Assembly: GCF_964355755.1 (NCBI RefSeq)
Contig: NC_092679.1
Coordinates: forward strand, 15,793,432 to 15,857,431
DNA from: Antedon mediterranea
Lineage: Eukaryota; Animalia; Echinodermata
Direction of reading: 5' to 3'
Length of the DNA stretch: 64,000 bases
Part shown: positions 34,501-48,034 of the stretch, in pieces
How positions within the stretch are numbered: position 1 is the stretch's first letter
Layout of the letters: each line of letters opens with the position of its first letter
Position numbers and translations under genes: made by a program
Notes under the pieces: model-generated
Told to the model about the DNA's origin: nothing
The model's database searches: none
Seen by the model: only the letters and a program-made list of their open reading frames with translations

Positions 34501-37500
34501 TTGGTGAATTTCATTTTCTAATTTCTCAACATTCTCCTGCAAAAGATTTAATTGCTTTTGCTCTGTTATTTCTACTTCTGCTTCAAGTTCTCTTACTCTT
34601 TCTTCTAACGAATCTATTTTTGATTTCATAATTCCTTCATCTTCCAATAGTTTTTGATTATTACTTTCAAGCGCTTTCTTGAGATCCTTTAGATTTTCAA
34701 CTTCTTCCAAAGCAGTTAGAGCCTTGTAATCTAATTCTTCTTTTGCCATAATAACCGATTCATAATCTTCAGTAAGCTGTTCTAGACGATCATTGAAAAC
34801 ATCTCGTTCTTTTTCAATTATCTCTAATTTTGACTGAATAACTTCTTTATCTGTTAAAGCATTTTCATAGATGTTTCGATTTTCAATTGTAAGACTTTTA
34901 ACTTCATTCTGTAATCTATCATTTTCTTTAGTTGTTTCATTTAGATGCGCCTCGTTCTTTTTTAATTTACTATCATTAATTTCTGCATCTGCAGTCAATT
35001 TAGTAATGTGTTGTTCAAGTTCTACTCGTGCCTCCTTCATTTCCTTCTCAGCTATCATCATGGATTCAATATGATCATGTTTTTCTTGCTGAAGTTCTTC
35101 AATTCTTTTACAGGCAACACTTAATTTCTCTCTTAGCTCAGACATTTCAGTTTCTAATGATACAATTTTCATTTCACCATCTTTCACAATAGATGTACTA
35201 TCCAAACTCTTGTTTTCAAAATCAGCTTTCAGTTCCTTTATAATGCGTTCAAGATCATTTGTTCTGTCTTTTTCTTTACTCCAACCATCATTAGTTTCTT
35301 CTAATAGATTTTCCATATCTCTAACCTTTTGTATTTCAGTTTCTAAACTGAGTTGATGTTTCTCTTCTAAAGCAACAGTCTGACTTTCTGCAGTGCTGAT
35401 CTTGGTTGCCAATGATTGTTCTAACTCTTTGTATTTATGATTTAATTCTGTGATGGCGTTTTCTGAATAGCCTGTCTCTCTTGATAGACTTTCTTTTAAC
35501 TTCTCGATCTCCACTTCTAACAATGCTTTTTCATTTTCATGCTTTTTAACCATTTCTTGTAACTGACAGATTTCATGGATGTATGCTTCTAATTTTGCAA
35601 TACTTTCTTCTTCTAATTTTGTATTTGCTGTTGTAAGTTTTTCAACTTGTTCTTGTATAGATTTCAACTCTTCTTCTTTTTCGACCAGGTTTAGCTTTCT
35701 TTGTTTTACATTCTCATTCAGACTTTCATTAGTGCATCTTTCTTCATCAATATTTTGTATCAGTTTTTCTTTTTCATCATTCAATAAGCTTTCTCTTGAT
35801 TGTAAGGACTCAATCTGCAATTCTAGTCCTACAATTTGATGTTTAAAATGTTCTTCAGACTCCGTTAGTCTTTTTTGTACCACATTTAATTCTACAGTAC
35901 CATCTGAAATTACTTTTTTCAAAGAGACAATTTCTGAATTCAACTCTTCTTTTTCATTACAAGAAGATTCATATTTATCTTCTAGCTCTTTCTTGATGTC
36001 ATTCATAATGTTAAGCTCTTCGATAGCCGTTTTAGCTCTATAATCCAACTCTTCTTTTTCCATAATAAGTTCTTCATAATCGTGGGTCACCTTTTCCAAA
36101 TTATCCTTTAAACTATCTCGTTCTTTCTCCATTTCCTCAAATTTAGACTGTAGAATCTCTTTATCGGTAAGAGCAGTTTCAGACACGGTCTTGTTTTCAG
36201 ACACTAGTGTTACAACTTCAGTATCTAATTTATCTTTTTCTCTTACAGTCTCTTCTAGTTGGTGTTCTTTCTCTGCAAGCTTGTTCGACATCAATTCTAA
36301 ATCAGTATTCAGTTTTAGAATATTTTGTTCAAGCTCTGCCCGTGTCTGCTTCATTTCTTTATCAGCTTTCATCATGCCATCAATTTGATCATGGTTTTCT
36401 TGTTGGAGATCTTCAATCTTTTGACAAGCAGTATGCAACTTATCACTTAGATCTACCACTTTAGTTTCCTGTGATAATAACTTGTTTTCATTATCTTCAA
36501 TGATTGAATCATACTCTGAAATCTTACTCTTTAGTTCAGATATCATTTGTTGTGAACTACTTTCTAGTTTATTTGCTCTGTCTTTTTCCCTATTCAAACA
36601 TTCTTTTGCTTCCTCTAATCGGCATTCAGCATCTTTCAACTTCAATACTTCTGCCTCCAACATATCCTGGTACTCTTCTTGTGAAAGGTTTATCTGCCGT
36701 TGTAGTTTGGAAATTTCGGTTTTCAATGCTGTCTCCATATTAGCAAAACGTGACAGTTCATCTGATTTGATTTCAGCAACAGACATTTTTTCAAGTGATA
36801 AATTAGATGACAGATCTTCAATTGTCTGCTCAAGCTCTTCAATCTTGCATTTTTGTTCACTGATAACTAATTCATTTTCCTCAGAGTTCTGCTTCAGTTT
36901 TTTACTTCCCAATTCGATCTCTGCTTCATAGCTTTCAATTGTTGTTTCTAGGCTGTTAATTTTATCTGAATAGGAGTTTGCTTGTAACTCTTTATCTTCG
37001 ATGACTGCTTTTAATCGTTTCTCTAATTCCGCAGTATGATCCTTGACTATTTCCAAAGCACCTTTTAATTTATCCATAGCTTCAATGTGCTCAGTCTTCA
37101 TTACCGACATAGACTCTTGAAGAGAATTTTTTTGAAGACCAACAGACTGAACTTCACTGCTAATGGATAAGATGGAACCAACATATTGCTTTTCTTTCAT
37201 AGCCAATTCAGTTTGTAAATCAGAAACTAAAGCTTTCAGGGAACTCATTTCTGAACAATTTAGTTGATTATTTTCCACGAGTGATTGATATTTATGTTCA
37301 ATTTCATCTTTGACAGTTATTAGATCTTGCAAAGAACTGTTTGCCGTTTTAAGCTGAAACTCTAGTTCTTCTTTAGCCTTCAAATTAAGATCATTTTGAG
37401 CTCTCAGGCTTTCTAGTTTAGCATTTAACACATCCTTTTCTGTCTCTATATTCTCTAGTTGAGTTTGTAGAGAATCCTTTTCAATTCTTTCTATGTCGGC

Positions 37501-40500
37501 ATCCTTCATATGTCCTGCCAACTTCTCTTTAAGTGTCTCAGTTTCCTGATTATGGTTTTCTTTGATGATGAACAAATCATTCTTCAGACTATTTAAATTG
37601 CATTTCTCTTTATCATACAGGTCATCCACCATCTCTTTGTCATTTTTAAGCTCACTAAGTTCCAGTTCCAATGAATGTGCTTCACATTCAATCTTTACCA
37701 AGCTGTCTTTGAGACCCCGTTCTGTATCTCTCATGATCACCATATCTTTCTCCTGGTCAGTAAGATTTTCTTTAAGCTCTTCAATATAATATTCTTTTTC
37801 TACTATCTTTTCTTCTAAGCATTTAATTTCCTTGTCCATAGACTTTGCCATTGTATCAAGTTTTAATTCAGCATTGGAAATGATATCTTCTTTTTCAATG
37901 ATCGAAGACTTCTGTGCCTGCAATGTAACCTCTAGTTTTCCGACCTTTTCCAATAAAGCATCAGAGTCAACTACTTTGTCTTCTAAATCCATTTGCACTA
38001 GTTCCAGATGGCTTTGTAACTGTTCTTTATTCTCCTTCAAACTATTTATGTGTTGTTGGAGATGAGAAACCTCTTCTACTTTAGCATTTACTAAATCAGT
38101 TGTTTTTTCCAATTTATCTTCTAGACTGCAGATAAGTTGAGTGGCATCTTCATGTTGTGTTGTTATTTGCATTACTTTTCCTTCCCAGCTTTTATTGATT
38201 TCTGAAAATTCTATTTCATTTTGTTGGATAATTTTATCTTTGGCTTCTAATGCTTCAGTCATGTGTTTGTTCTTTTCCTGGAGAGCTTCAATTGTATCAT
38301 TTGTATCTTCCATGTCCATTTGTAAAACATTAAGTGATCCTTGTAATGATTGCTTCTCATTAGTAAGAGTATCCTTTTCAGAATTTACTTGTTCTATTTC
38401 ACTGTTTTTAACCTGCAGCATATCTGTGGCCTTTACCAGTTTGGTTGTCAAGGAAGAAATTTCTTCCTGAAGCTTCATATTTTCTTCAGTTAATTCTTGT
38501 ATTTTCTTTTCAGCACTTGATTTACAAACATCAATGTCATCAAGCATTTTCCGAAGTTCAGCATCTTTTTGGTTTAACAATTGTACAGATTCTTCCTTGT
38601 TCTTGTCTAATGTTTCTGTTGTCTGTTCTAGTTCTTTTCTTGTAGAATTCAGAGAGTCGGAGGCAACATTAAGTTGTAGCTGTATATTTTCAACTTCGTC
38701 TTTAAGTGTTTGGATTTCCTGGTTAGTTTCATTAATTAAGTTAATCTTTGTTTCAAGTGTATTAGAAACTTCCAATTTTTCATTTTCGGAAGATGCAAGT
38801 TTCTTGACAGACTCTTCTAATGCTGATTGCAAATTCTCTAGGTCCTCTTCTGAATTTTCTACTTTAAATTTCAAATTAACAAGTTCAGACTCTTTTTCCT
38901 GGATAATTGCTTCACTTTGACAGACTTTTTCAAAAAGGCTTGCCTTTTCTTGTTCAAATTCACTGGCGTCTGCTTTCAACTTAATAGAAATATCATCAAG
39001 ACTCTTTTCATAGGCTTCAATGTCACTCTTCAGTGACTGTATTTCTTTATCTTTTGACAATATATTGTCTGTACCTTGCATCAATTGCTCTTCAATTGTC
39101 TTTACTTCATTCTTCAAACTTTCACTCTCTGTTTCTTTTTCCGTCAAGCTTGCTTTTATGGTTTCTAAATTTATGATGGACTGTTCCAAGTTAGACTTTA
39201 ATTTGAGGACTTCTTTTTCTTTATCACTAATTACGGATTTCAGCTGTTCAAAATCTTGAATGAATGAATCTTTTTGTGTTTTTAAATCTGAAACATTTCT
39301 TTCATTCATGGAAGATGCATCATCGATTTGCTGTTGAAGGGTAAGAATCTCTTCAGATTGTTTCTCTACCTCTATCGTTTTTGCACAAACTATTTCTTCT
39401 AGTCCAGCAACCTTATCTTTTAGATTTTCATTGTCTTGACAAGTGATTTTCGTTACAGTTTCCAAATTCTGTAAATCCTCACCAACTTTCCTAAGCTCTT
39501 CTGATGCTTCAGTGATTTCCTTGCCTAACAACTGAATTCTTGATTCTTTTTCTTCAATTACACTATTGTTTTGTTGTTTGACTTCCTTCAGTTTTTCAGT
39601 TAGACCCTCCACTTCTTTCTGGGCTGTTAAAAGGTAATCTTGCATTTGCTTAACTTCCATATTCTTTATCTCAAAATCTTCCTGTTTACTTTCTATATCT
39701 TTTTTTGCTGCAGCAAGCTTCTCAGTTATTTCTTCATTTTGTAATTTAACAGACATGTGTTCTTTGGTTATTTCATCTAATAACTCTGTTGCTTTTACTT
39801 CTCCCTGAACTGCTGATAGAGCATCAGCTTTAAGAATAGAGATTTCTTCAGTCAGGTTGATTATTTGCTGATCTTTCTGAAGAATAACTGCTGAAGTATG
39901 CTCAATATTGGACAGTGCCTCTTCTAACTGCTGTTTAATATCTAAAGTTGAATCTTTATGGGCTTGGAATTCTTCAGAAAGTTTTTCCAGAACTTCATTT
40001 GACTTCTTCTCTGCTTCAAAAAGTTCAGCTTCTCTTTTCTTTTCGGCTGACAGCAGTTCTGAAATAAAACAATTAATCAATTGATGTGCAAAACTGTAGT
40101 TCATTTGAATTTTTATATTTAATGGAATTAAATGTAGAGGCAAAGCTCACACAAACCGTTTTCAAATATGGCAAGTCTGTAAAAAAATCAATTTAATTAA
40201 CTATGATATCTTAACTTACCTTGTATGTACTGTTCAAGTTTGTGATTGCTTTCTTTTTCTGTTGCAAGATTATCATCTGCCTTTTGAAGCTCATCTTCTT
40301 TTTGTAAAAGCGCATTTTTAAGATCTGCACATTCCTCCACTGCAGCACTAGAAATAATAAATGATTATTACAGTAACCATGCAGTAACTAAGTTACAAAA
40401 CCAATATGCTGTAATTCAATATTTATTACATTTTAATACATATATGTACAACCGAGAGACTGTTTATATTTGTGTTAATTGTTGTTTGATTTTTTTATAA

Positions 40501-43500
40501 TTGGTATACACAGTACATATTGATATATTGTTACCTTTTATTCTTGGTAACATCCTGAAGTTCTGTTGTCGCAATCTCCAATCTATCCCGCAGGTGTTGG
40601 GACTCTGATGATATAACCTGTAAGCTATCTGTCAAGTCCCTCACTTCTGCTCCTTTTGCATCTGCAAGCTGACACAGTTTTTTGTGCTGTGATTCCAGAG
40701 CTGAGATTTCAGACACATGCAGCGCAATTGTTGCCTTCAGTGGCTCGACACTAGCAACAAGATTTGCTTCTTGTTTCTGTAAAGAACAGACCTTTAAAGA
40801 TTCCTTTTCCAATGATGATGCAAGTTCTGCCATCTTGTTGTCACTAACTTCCAACATTTGTTTATATTTCTTTTTTTCTTCTTTTTCCGTATCTACCATT
40901 TTCAATGTCTCTTCACATTGTTGCTTCAAAGATGCTTCTTGTTTCTGTAACATATTTGCTCTTTCAATTTCTGTAGCAACAGAATCTTTAAGCTGTAAAA
41001 CTTTATTCTCATAATCTTCAACCTGGTTCTGATATTCTTTTAGCTTTTCTTTCTCTTTCTTAAGTGTAACTAACAAATCTTGATGTTCTTGCTTAATTTG
41101 ACACTCTTCCTTCCTCAAGTTTAAAATAGTTTTTGTCATTTCTGATGATGACTCTTGTAGGTCGGCAAGTTTATTTTCTTTTTCTTCTACTTTACTTTCT
41201 AATTTGTTAACCATCTCTTTTTCTTTCTTTACTGTATTTAACATATCTTGATGGGTCTGTTTTAAAGATGTTATTTCTTCATGCAGTGACCGGCTATCCT
41301 TCTCTCGCTTTTGTGTTTCCTCTTTTAAAACTTCTTTTTCAATTGTTGCAGTTTCAAACTTTACAGTAAGCTCTCCAACTTCACGTTCATGTTTCTTTGA
41401 GAGATTTTCAGCAGACGATAACTTTTTCTGGAGATCAGCACATTGAATTTTCACATTTTCAAGCATGTTGCTTAATTCTTTTACTTTCCCTTCATATTTC
41501 ACTTCCATTGATTCCATAGCAGTTTCCTTTTCTGATTGTTTTCTTCGTAAGTCATTGGAAATTCCTTCAGTCCGAGAAAGATCCTGTTTCAGTTTTTTCA
41601 TCTGATCTTCGAAGTTGGTTAATTTGAATGTACTCTGTTCAAGCTTGGAAACTAACATATCCTTCTCTTTAGAAAGGTCTGATATCTTCTTGTTTAACTG
41701 ACTTTCTGTTGTTTCGTTAGACCTCATTGTTTGCTCTGCTGCATTAATCTTCGATTTTAGATCATTAACTTCATGGTCAGTCTTGCTACTCTTGGCTTGG
41801 AGTCTCTCAAGCTGGCTCTGGTAAGTGTTACGATCATTTGTCAAGTGGTTGATCTCTTGTTGCATCTTGTTCTTGATATCATTCAATTGCTTCTCAAGTA
41901 AAGAGTTAGCCTGCACTTGCTCAGATATCTCATGTTTATGCGATTTTTCTTTTTCTTTCAGCTTATGGTCCAAAGATTGTCGAACAGCTTCTGCGTTGTG
42001 GCGCTGACATTCTAATTCTTGTCCAATCTGTTTAATCTTCTTCTCAGCTTCTGCAAGCTAGAAATAAAAGTAATCCCTTAATACATAACTGACACATAGC
42101 GACTGTGGTCAAACATTGTTATATGAGAAATAAAAAAGAGATTTAATCAAAGCTCGTGTTTTCGCAGCCATAACCAAATTATCAGATAATTAATAATCCC
42201 TTCAGGTCAAGGGTTCAAAATGATCATAGTAGTATTTATAATAACAAGGCAAACAGCCGTTAAGTCACGTGCTACAATGCATAGTGATACCGGACCGACA
42301 GACAAACAGACCGACAGACAAACCGACCGACAGACAGACGAACCGACCGACATAGTGAACTATACTGACCGAAATTACTGAACATGTTTAAAAATGTTGA
42401 AATGTTTAAAAACATTTATATTTTTTTAATTTACGTGCGTAGCCTGTCACTTTTGACGTGCTCGTATAACGTAATTTCGAGTTGAAAAGTAAGTCAAGTG
42501 CGGCAAAAAGAGTGCGCAATAACATTTAACGCGCAGTGCGCGCGCAAAAATCTGCGCACTCATGGCAATTTTGTAAACGCTTAAAATTGCCTGAAACGTA
42601 CTCTTATTTCATCGAAAATAAATTTTGAAAATTTTAAGCGCGCGTACGCATGCGTTACATGCGCTACGCACGTAATTGTATTGCCATATGATGATTTATG
42701 CCCTGAAATTTATGAGTACCAAATTTTATTTAATTGTGATTCATGATTGTTAAGATATGATTACAAACGTGATTTCGTTAAATCGTGCGTAGACCGCGTA
42801 ATTTTTTATTGCGCACCGTGAAAACATAACCACATCGATTCCTGGCCATAAGGAATATTCTGTGAAAAATTGACTTAGCTAGATTAAACTGATATCAAGA
42901 TAAGGTCATAAAGCGATAAAACGCATAGTGATACCGGACCGACAGACAGACAGACGGACCGACCAACCGCCCGACATAGTGAACTATAGAGTCGCTTCCA
43001 CGCGACTAAAAATGTATGTTTGTACAGGAATACATTGCAGAACCCTTGCATAGTGTTGTTATTTATTTGGTGGTATTTCAAAAGAGATTTATATTTATAG
43101 AGCAGGTACCTTAGTATTAGCATCCTCAGTTTTTGACTTTTCGGTGTTGCCTTCTTCAACCAGCTTCTTTATCTTTTGCTCTCTTTGAACCATCTCTTTC
43201 TTGGAATCTTCCAACTGAATTTGAAGTTCTTGAAGCTGACTTTTAAAATTGTCAATATCTTTGGTCTTTGCCTGCACTTGAAGTTCTAGTTTATGACTAG
43301 AAGATTTTAATTCTGAAACAAAATAGATCATTTATAAAATACAGTTAAAATGCCATAAAGCACTTTGATGTTAATTCTATCAATTTAATACAGTTAATGT
43401 TTTTGGTGTTTCACTTTGATTGCCTAATCAAAATTATTAAAGTATATAATAGAGCAAGACAAAAATAACTCATATTAATTATTAGTTTATCCACTAACAC

Positions 43501-46115
43501 ATTCGAGTGGCTTTCTCAACACAATATAACTGTGAACACAAATTAAGAAACATACCCTCTTTTTCTTTTTCCAGTTTCTCTACAAGGCGTTTCAATTCAG
43601 CATCATTTCCACTCGACGTCACTACGGCCTGATCCATTAATCCACCTGGTGTAAACGAAAACAAATTACCTCCCAAAAGGTCAACCACTGGTGCTTTTAC
43701 CGGTTGCGGGTCAAATGACAACAAGTCAGTTGGCTGTTTCTTTGGAGGCGGTGGATCAAGAGACAGTAGATCCACGATTGGTTCAGCGGTACCAAATGAT
43801 AGCAGATCATTTGGCCTTGAGTTTGATTTTTCAACCTTAAAAGATATTATTACAAAGTTTAAAAATTTTAAATATATACGATATAAATAAAATTCAAATT
43901 GCATGCTTTATGTTCAAATATCATCTCCAGGAACTTCCCATCCCTATAAACAACTTGATTGATTTAAACCCTAAAACTGATCGCTTAAAGACATTAAGAA
44001 ACGCAAATAAGATATATATTCCACACAGTAGACTAGAAATTAATAAAAGATCAATTTTTATTGAAGGACCAACATACTGGAATAAACTCCAGTCTACCCT
44101 AGAACAAAATCACATGACCTCACTCCCTATGCTAAAGTACAATATTAAAAAGATGATATTTGAAACATATTGCTAGCTACTATTGCTACTGCAAAATTGG
44201 GGTTGTAAACATTTAGCTTAATATCACTTTTTTGTGTTTGTGTTTTTTTTTTCTTTTTCTGTCTCAAAATGTCATTTTTTGTTAATGTAATGCGTTCGTA
44301 TAATATGTTTTATGTTTATGCTTAGGACTACAAAGACAAGCCACTTTGGCTTCTGTGTATCTTAACCCATAAACTTTGTAAAATATTGAATATTGAATAA
44401 ATGTTGTTGTATTCCTATAAAAATATAAGACACATTTTAATCTTCAAGACAAAATTAGAGAGAACATTGTGTGTAATGTAATTCTCCAAGAAAGAATGTA
44501 TAAAACTAGAAGATATTAAAAGACTTTTGGATTTTATAATCATTAATATTACCTTATTTTTGTATGTTTTTATTTCATTCTTTAGCCTTTCATTTTCTGT
44601 TTCCATGCTCACAAGTCGTTTGCGTATACTCTTTTCATCATCTTCTGAACAACTCTCTGAAAAAATACAGTTTCACTCTTTAATTGTGTTTATTCCATTA
44701 CTTTTAATTATTCACCTATTATTTGTGGATTACTTTTACTCTTGTTCAGTTTTTAACAATCAGCAGACTGCCCCAACAGGCTTAAAATAAAAATGTGATT
44801 GAAAGAGAAAACCGATTGAATTACAACAAACTAAAAAGGTATGTTTTTAAATGGGTTGTAAAAAACTTTGATTCAAGATGATCGGAAAGACTTTTCCACA
44901 GTTTATAAGCTGTCTCTGGCGACTAGGTGGACAAAAAGTACAGATGTACTATTTTACAGGCTGAAGTTCTTCAGTATTTCAAGAAGTCAAAGAACATCTT
45001 TTATTCTAGTGAGAAAGCTTGTGTATTCAATGCACAGTAAAACCTGATAAACAAATGTTTCTTGTTTGATAGTTTGTCCAACAATAGTTAATATTTAATT
45101 TTGCTGATATTTAAAAAATTGCTGACATCAAAGTAACAAACCTCTAGAAGAAGTACTATAGGACCTTGTACCACCAAGTCTGTCAACTTCATTCTGTAAC
45201 TTCTTCAGTTGACCTTCAAGAGACCTGTTCTTCTCGGAGTAATTAGTTATCTGGTGTTTTTGCTGTGTGCAATTTTCTTGCAGACGGCTATAATCCGATT
45301 GCATACGTTCCAGTTTTGATAAGACATCCAGGTGATCTGCCTGAGCTCTCTCAAGTTCACCTTTGATTTGACCTTGAATATAAAAAAAAATTAATTTAAG
45401 TAGAATAAGTCCGTTATCTTTGAAACGAGCCAATGGCATGTGGACAAGTCAATCTACAGCTACTAGGCCAATTACTTGTGAAAATGGGCAACTAAAATCC
45501 ACCTGGACACACCTAATTTTCACAATACAGAGTAGAACTCAGGGTGTCCTCAGCATTGCAGTCAAGTTAGTCATGGTATTAAAACATATTTTTCCCCTTA
45601 ATACTGTAGGGTGTCCCAAGAGGGGTTCTACTTTATTGAAAAAAATTCAGAAATCATATGAAAAAATACTCATACTGGATGTGAATATTATAATTTGCAT
45701 GAAAAAATATCAATGAAAATGTTGTTCAAAATGATTGTGATTAAAAGAAAAACATTTTACCCGTTTTGTGAGTTTCCGAGGTGAGTGAAGATTTCGAATG
45801 CGATAACTGCCCTTCAATGCAGGCAATTCGTGTCTCTTTTGAATGCAATTCGTGTTGCAGCTTCTCGCGCTTGTTCTCAAGATCACGGCATTGCTCGAGA
45901 AGACTCTGATTTTCACGAGCAAGATTAGTGCTGGTTGACTTTTCTTCTTCAGTCTTCCTCACCTGCTTCTTGTACGCCCCATCTAATGAATCTAACTGGA
46001 AGAGCTTTTGTTTATGCTCTTTTTTTAACCTGTCTAAGTTGGATTCAAGCTCCTGTACCTTTTTAAGTGCCTTGTGGGAAAGGCCATCTTTCCATTCATC
46101 ATCTACCCAACTCAT
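31577..46115 (-). CDS. CENPF: Centromere protein F; coding exons 46115-45761, 45372-45142, 44656-44553, 43835-43556, 43312-43110, 42057-40535, 40347-40220, 40058-34429, 34239-33991, 33794-33618, 33443-33273, 32966-32088, 31753-31577 (~3368 aa)
   Basis: N-terminus MSWVDDEWKDGLSHKALKKVQELESNLDRLKKEHKQKLFQLDSL is the CENP-F N domain; internal ECQRHNAE motif; long coiled coil; C-terminal CaaX ENCKIQ* (human ends CKVQ). All introns are GT-AG and phase-compatible; total 10107 nt. Confidence 0.92.
42244..43012 (-). mobile_element. Helentron-type element with family A core and family C termini, in a CENPF intron
   Basis: 42432-42902 aligns by eye with A1 14253-14770; flanked by two (GACA/GACC)n blocks; termini acaaggc...agtcacgtg and agtcgcttccacgcgactaaaaa. 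Confidence 0.8.
43885..44401 (+). mobile_element. 5'-truncated CR1/Crack/L2-clade LINE 3' fragment in a CENPF intron (antisense)
   Basis: ORF 43910-44176 has the ORF2 C-terminal pattern (IYIPHSR...RSIFIEGP.YWN.L...SL..LK..IK); T-rich 3' UTR, acaagcc-acttt-ggctt hairpin and AATAAA end. Confidence 0.7.
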
Positions 46116-46249
46116 CTTTCCAGTTATTTATTAGTGACAGTATCTTAAAAATAACAATAAAAAAAAGATGAATGATTGGCCTAGGCCATCATGTAAAATG
46201 CAAAAAATAATTGAAATTGTTCTGGTTCTTTCAATATTGCACACCACCA

Positions 46250-47452
46250 GGCACTAATGCAGTTTCGTACCCACCCATTAAAATTACTCAAAATCTTCAT
46301 CCAACATACTCACAAGATGTCTACAACATCCAGCAAGCATAACATTGTAAAAAATCTATAATTTTTTATTTATAACTATTTTTTATCAATTAATAATTGA
46401 GAACCCTTCAGAAATACATCGCCAGATTAGCTTAGCGAAAATCATCGCTAGGCCTGCCGATAAAAGTATGGAGGCCTCACGGGACATTCTATTGATAGAG
46501 TAAACGGTTGCGCTATATAGAGGGCGTAGTTACTAATGTTTAAAGAACGCACTACCGGTAAATAATAATTTGCATTATAGTCCGACAAGAGTTTCGTATT
46601 TTTAATAAAAGAAATAATAATTATACAATTGTTGTATTAATCATTGTGGGTATCATCATCATGTTATATTTTTAATTTGCTCTTTCATTTTATTAGTAGA
46701 AACAGGAAAGAAGATAAATAAGGGACTGCTGACTTTGGAAGATATAAGTATTTACTTACAGACTAAGTTTCCTCTGTTTTAGTTTATTTTACACTATGGT
46801 TTATAGGTCAAATAAATAAATGAAATAAAAATTACAGTACTTCGTTCAGTCCTGAGCTACATTAATGTTATAACACAATAAACAATAAACTTATGACAAG
46901 TTAATCGTTTTAATAATGTTATCACTGTAACTAGAAACGAATGTTCCCAGTTTATTTGTATAGCATATTATTATTATACACAGTATGATAAATTAACATT
47001 TTTTATTCACCTATGAAAGATCTCTTCAAATACATGGAAATAAGAAATGCAACAAAAACAGAAAGATATAATTTATTGAAATAATAAAAACGTAATGAAG
47101 CATTTTACATTCAATTACTAATTTACTTCTGCTGACACTGAATACACTATTTCATTTTAGGCTTAAATGACAATAACAGCGTCCTCTATAGATCGCCAAA
47201 ATTATTGATGTCCTGTGAGGCCTCCGTACTTTTATCGGCAGGCCTAGCGATGATTTTAGCAAAGCTAAGCTGGCAATGGATTTCTGAAGGGTGCTCAATT
47301 TTTAATTGATTAAAAATAGTTTAAAATAAAAAATTATCAATTTTTTTCAATTTTGTGCTTGCAGAATGTTGTAAACAATTCGTGAGTAGGTTGAATGAAT
47401 TGAATCAATTTTGAGTAATTTTAAGGGGTGGGTACAAAACTGCATTAGTGCC
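46250..47452. mobile_element. Non-autonomous long-TIR DNA transposon, 8-bp TSD (MULE/Merlin/hAT-like; superfamily unresolved)
   Basis: ~240-bp imperfect inverted repeats starting ggcactaatgcag and ending ctgcattagtgcc; exact caccacca duplication at 46242-46249 and 47453-47460. Confidence 0.85.
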
Positions 47453-47910
47453 CACCACCACACCATCCCGCATCCATGCCTTACTTACAATATTAAAAAG
47501 AAATGTTCAATTTAAATTAGGCCTAGCCTAGCTAGCTCCTGGCCTGGGCCTACCTACGTTCAAATTCAGATCTTTTGCCAATTTCATTTGGTGAACTTTT
47601 AAAATACGCCCTAGCCTAGCTAAGGCTATGATATGCTTATTAAATTCAGCATCCACGGTGGGTTGGCCTATGCTAGACAATCATAGTTGACTAAGCCTAG
47701 ATTTAAATCAAGTTAGGCCTACCACCGGTTGGGGCAAGCCTGAGCTGGCCTCTAGCCTAGCCTAGCTAGTCGGGTAGCCTTCCCCTCTCCTCACTCAGCA
47801 GTAGCAGCTCGGCCTCTCTCTCTTTCTTTAGTTTTAGCCTAAATTAATGGTGTAGGCCTACTAAGATTTTGCAAACGGTTACCTTACAAAATAAAATATA
47901 AGATACTTAC

Positions 47911-48015
47911 TACTATTACTATACTAAAAGGTTACAAATGTCTAGCCTAAGGCTAGAGTTTGTTATCTGTTTTCATACAATTTGAAACCTACTTTCGTCG
48001 CGTCCGTTAGAGTGT
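47911..48015 (-). other. CENPF: Probable non-coding first exon of CENPF
   Basis: GTAAGT donor at 47910-47905 just downstream of the promoter motifs; acceptor at 46145-46144 ahead of the ATG exon. TSS position approximate. Confidence 0.5.
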
Positions 48016-48034
48016 GGTGGTAGATGAGATGAAC

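Noticed and set aside
34408-40143. Stand-alone 1911-aa myosin/golgin/SMC-like gene
   Set aside because: Bounded by phase-compatible splice sites and lies between CENP-F N-terminal and CaaX exons; it is one exon of CENPF.
32275-42007. Plus-strand Ser/Phe-rich ORFs
   Set aside because: Antisense shadows of the Glu/Lys-rich coiled-coil codons.
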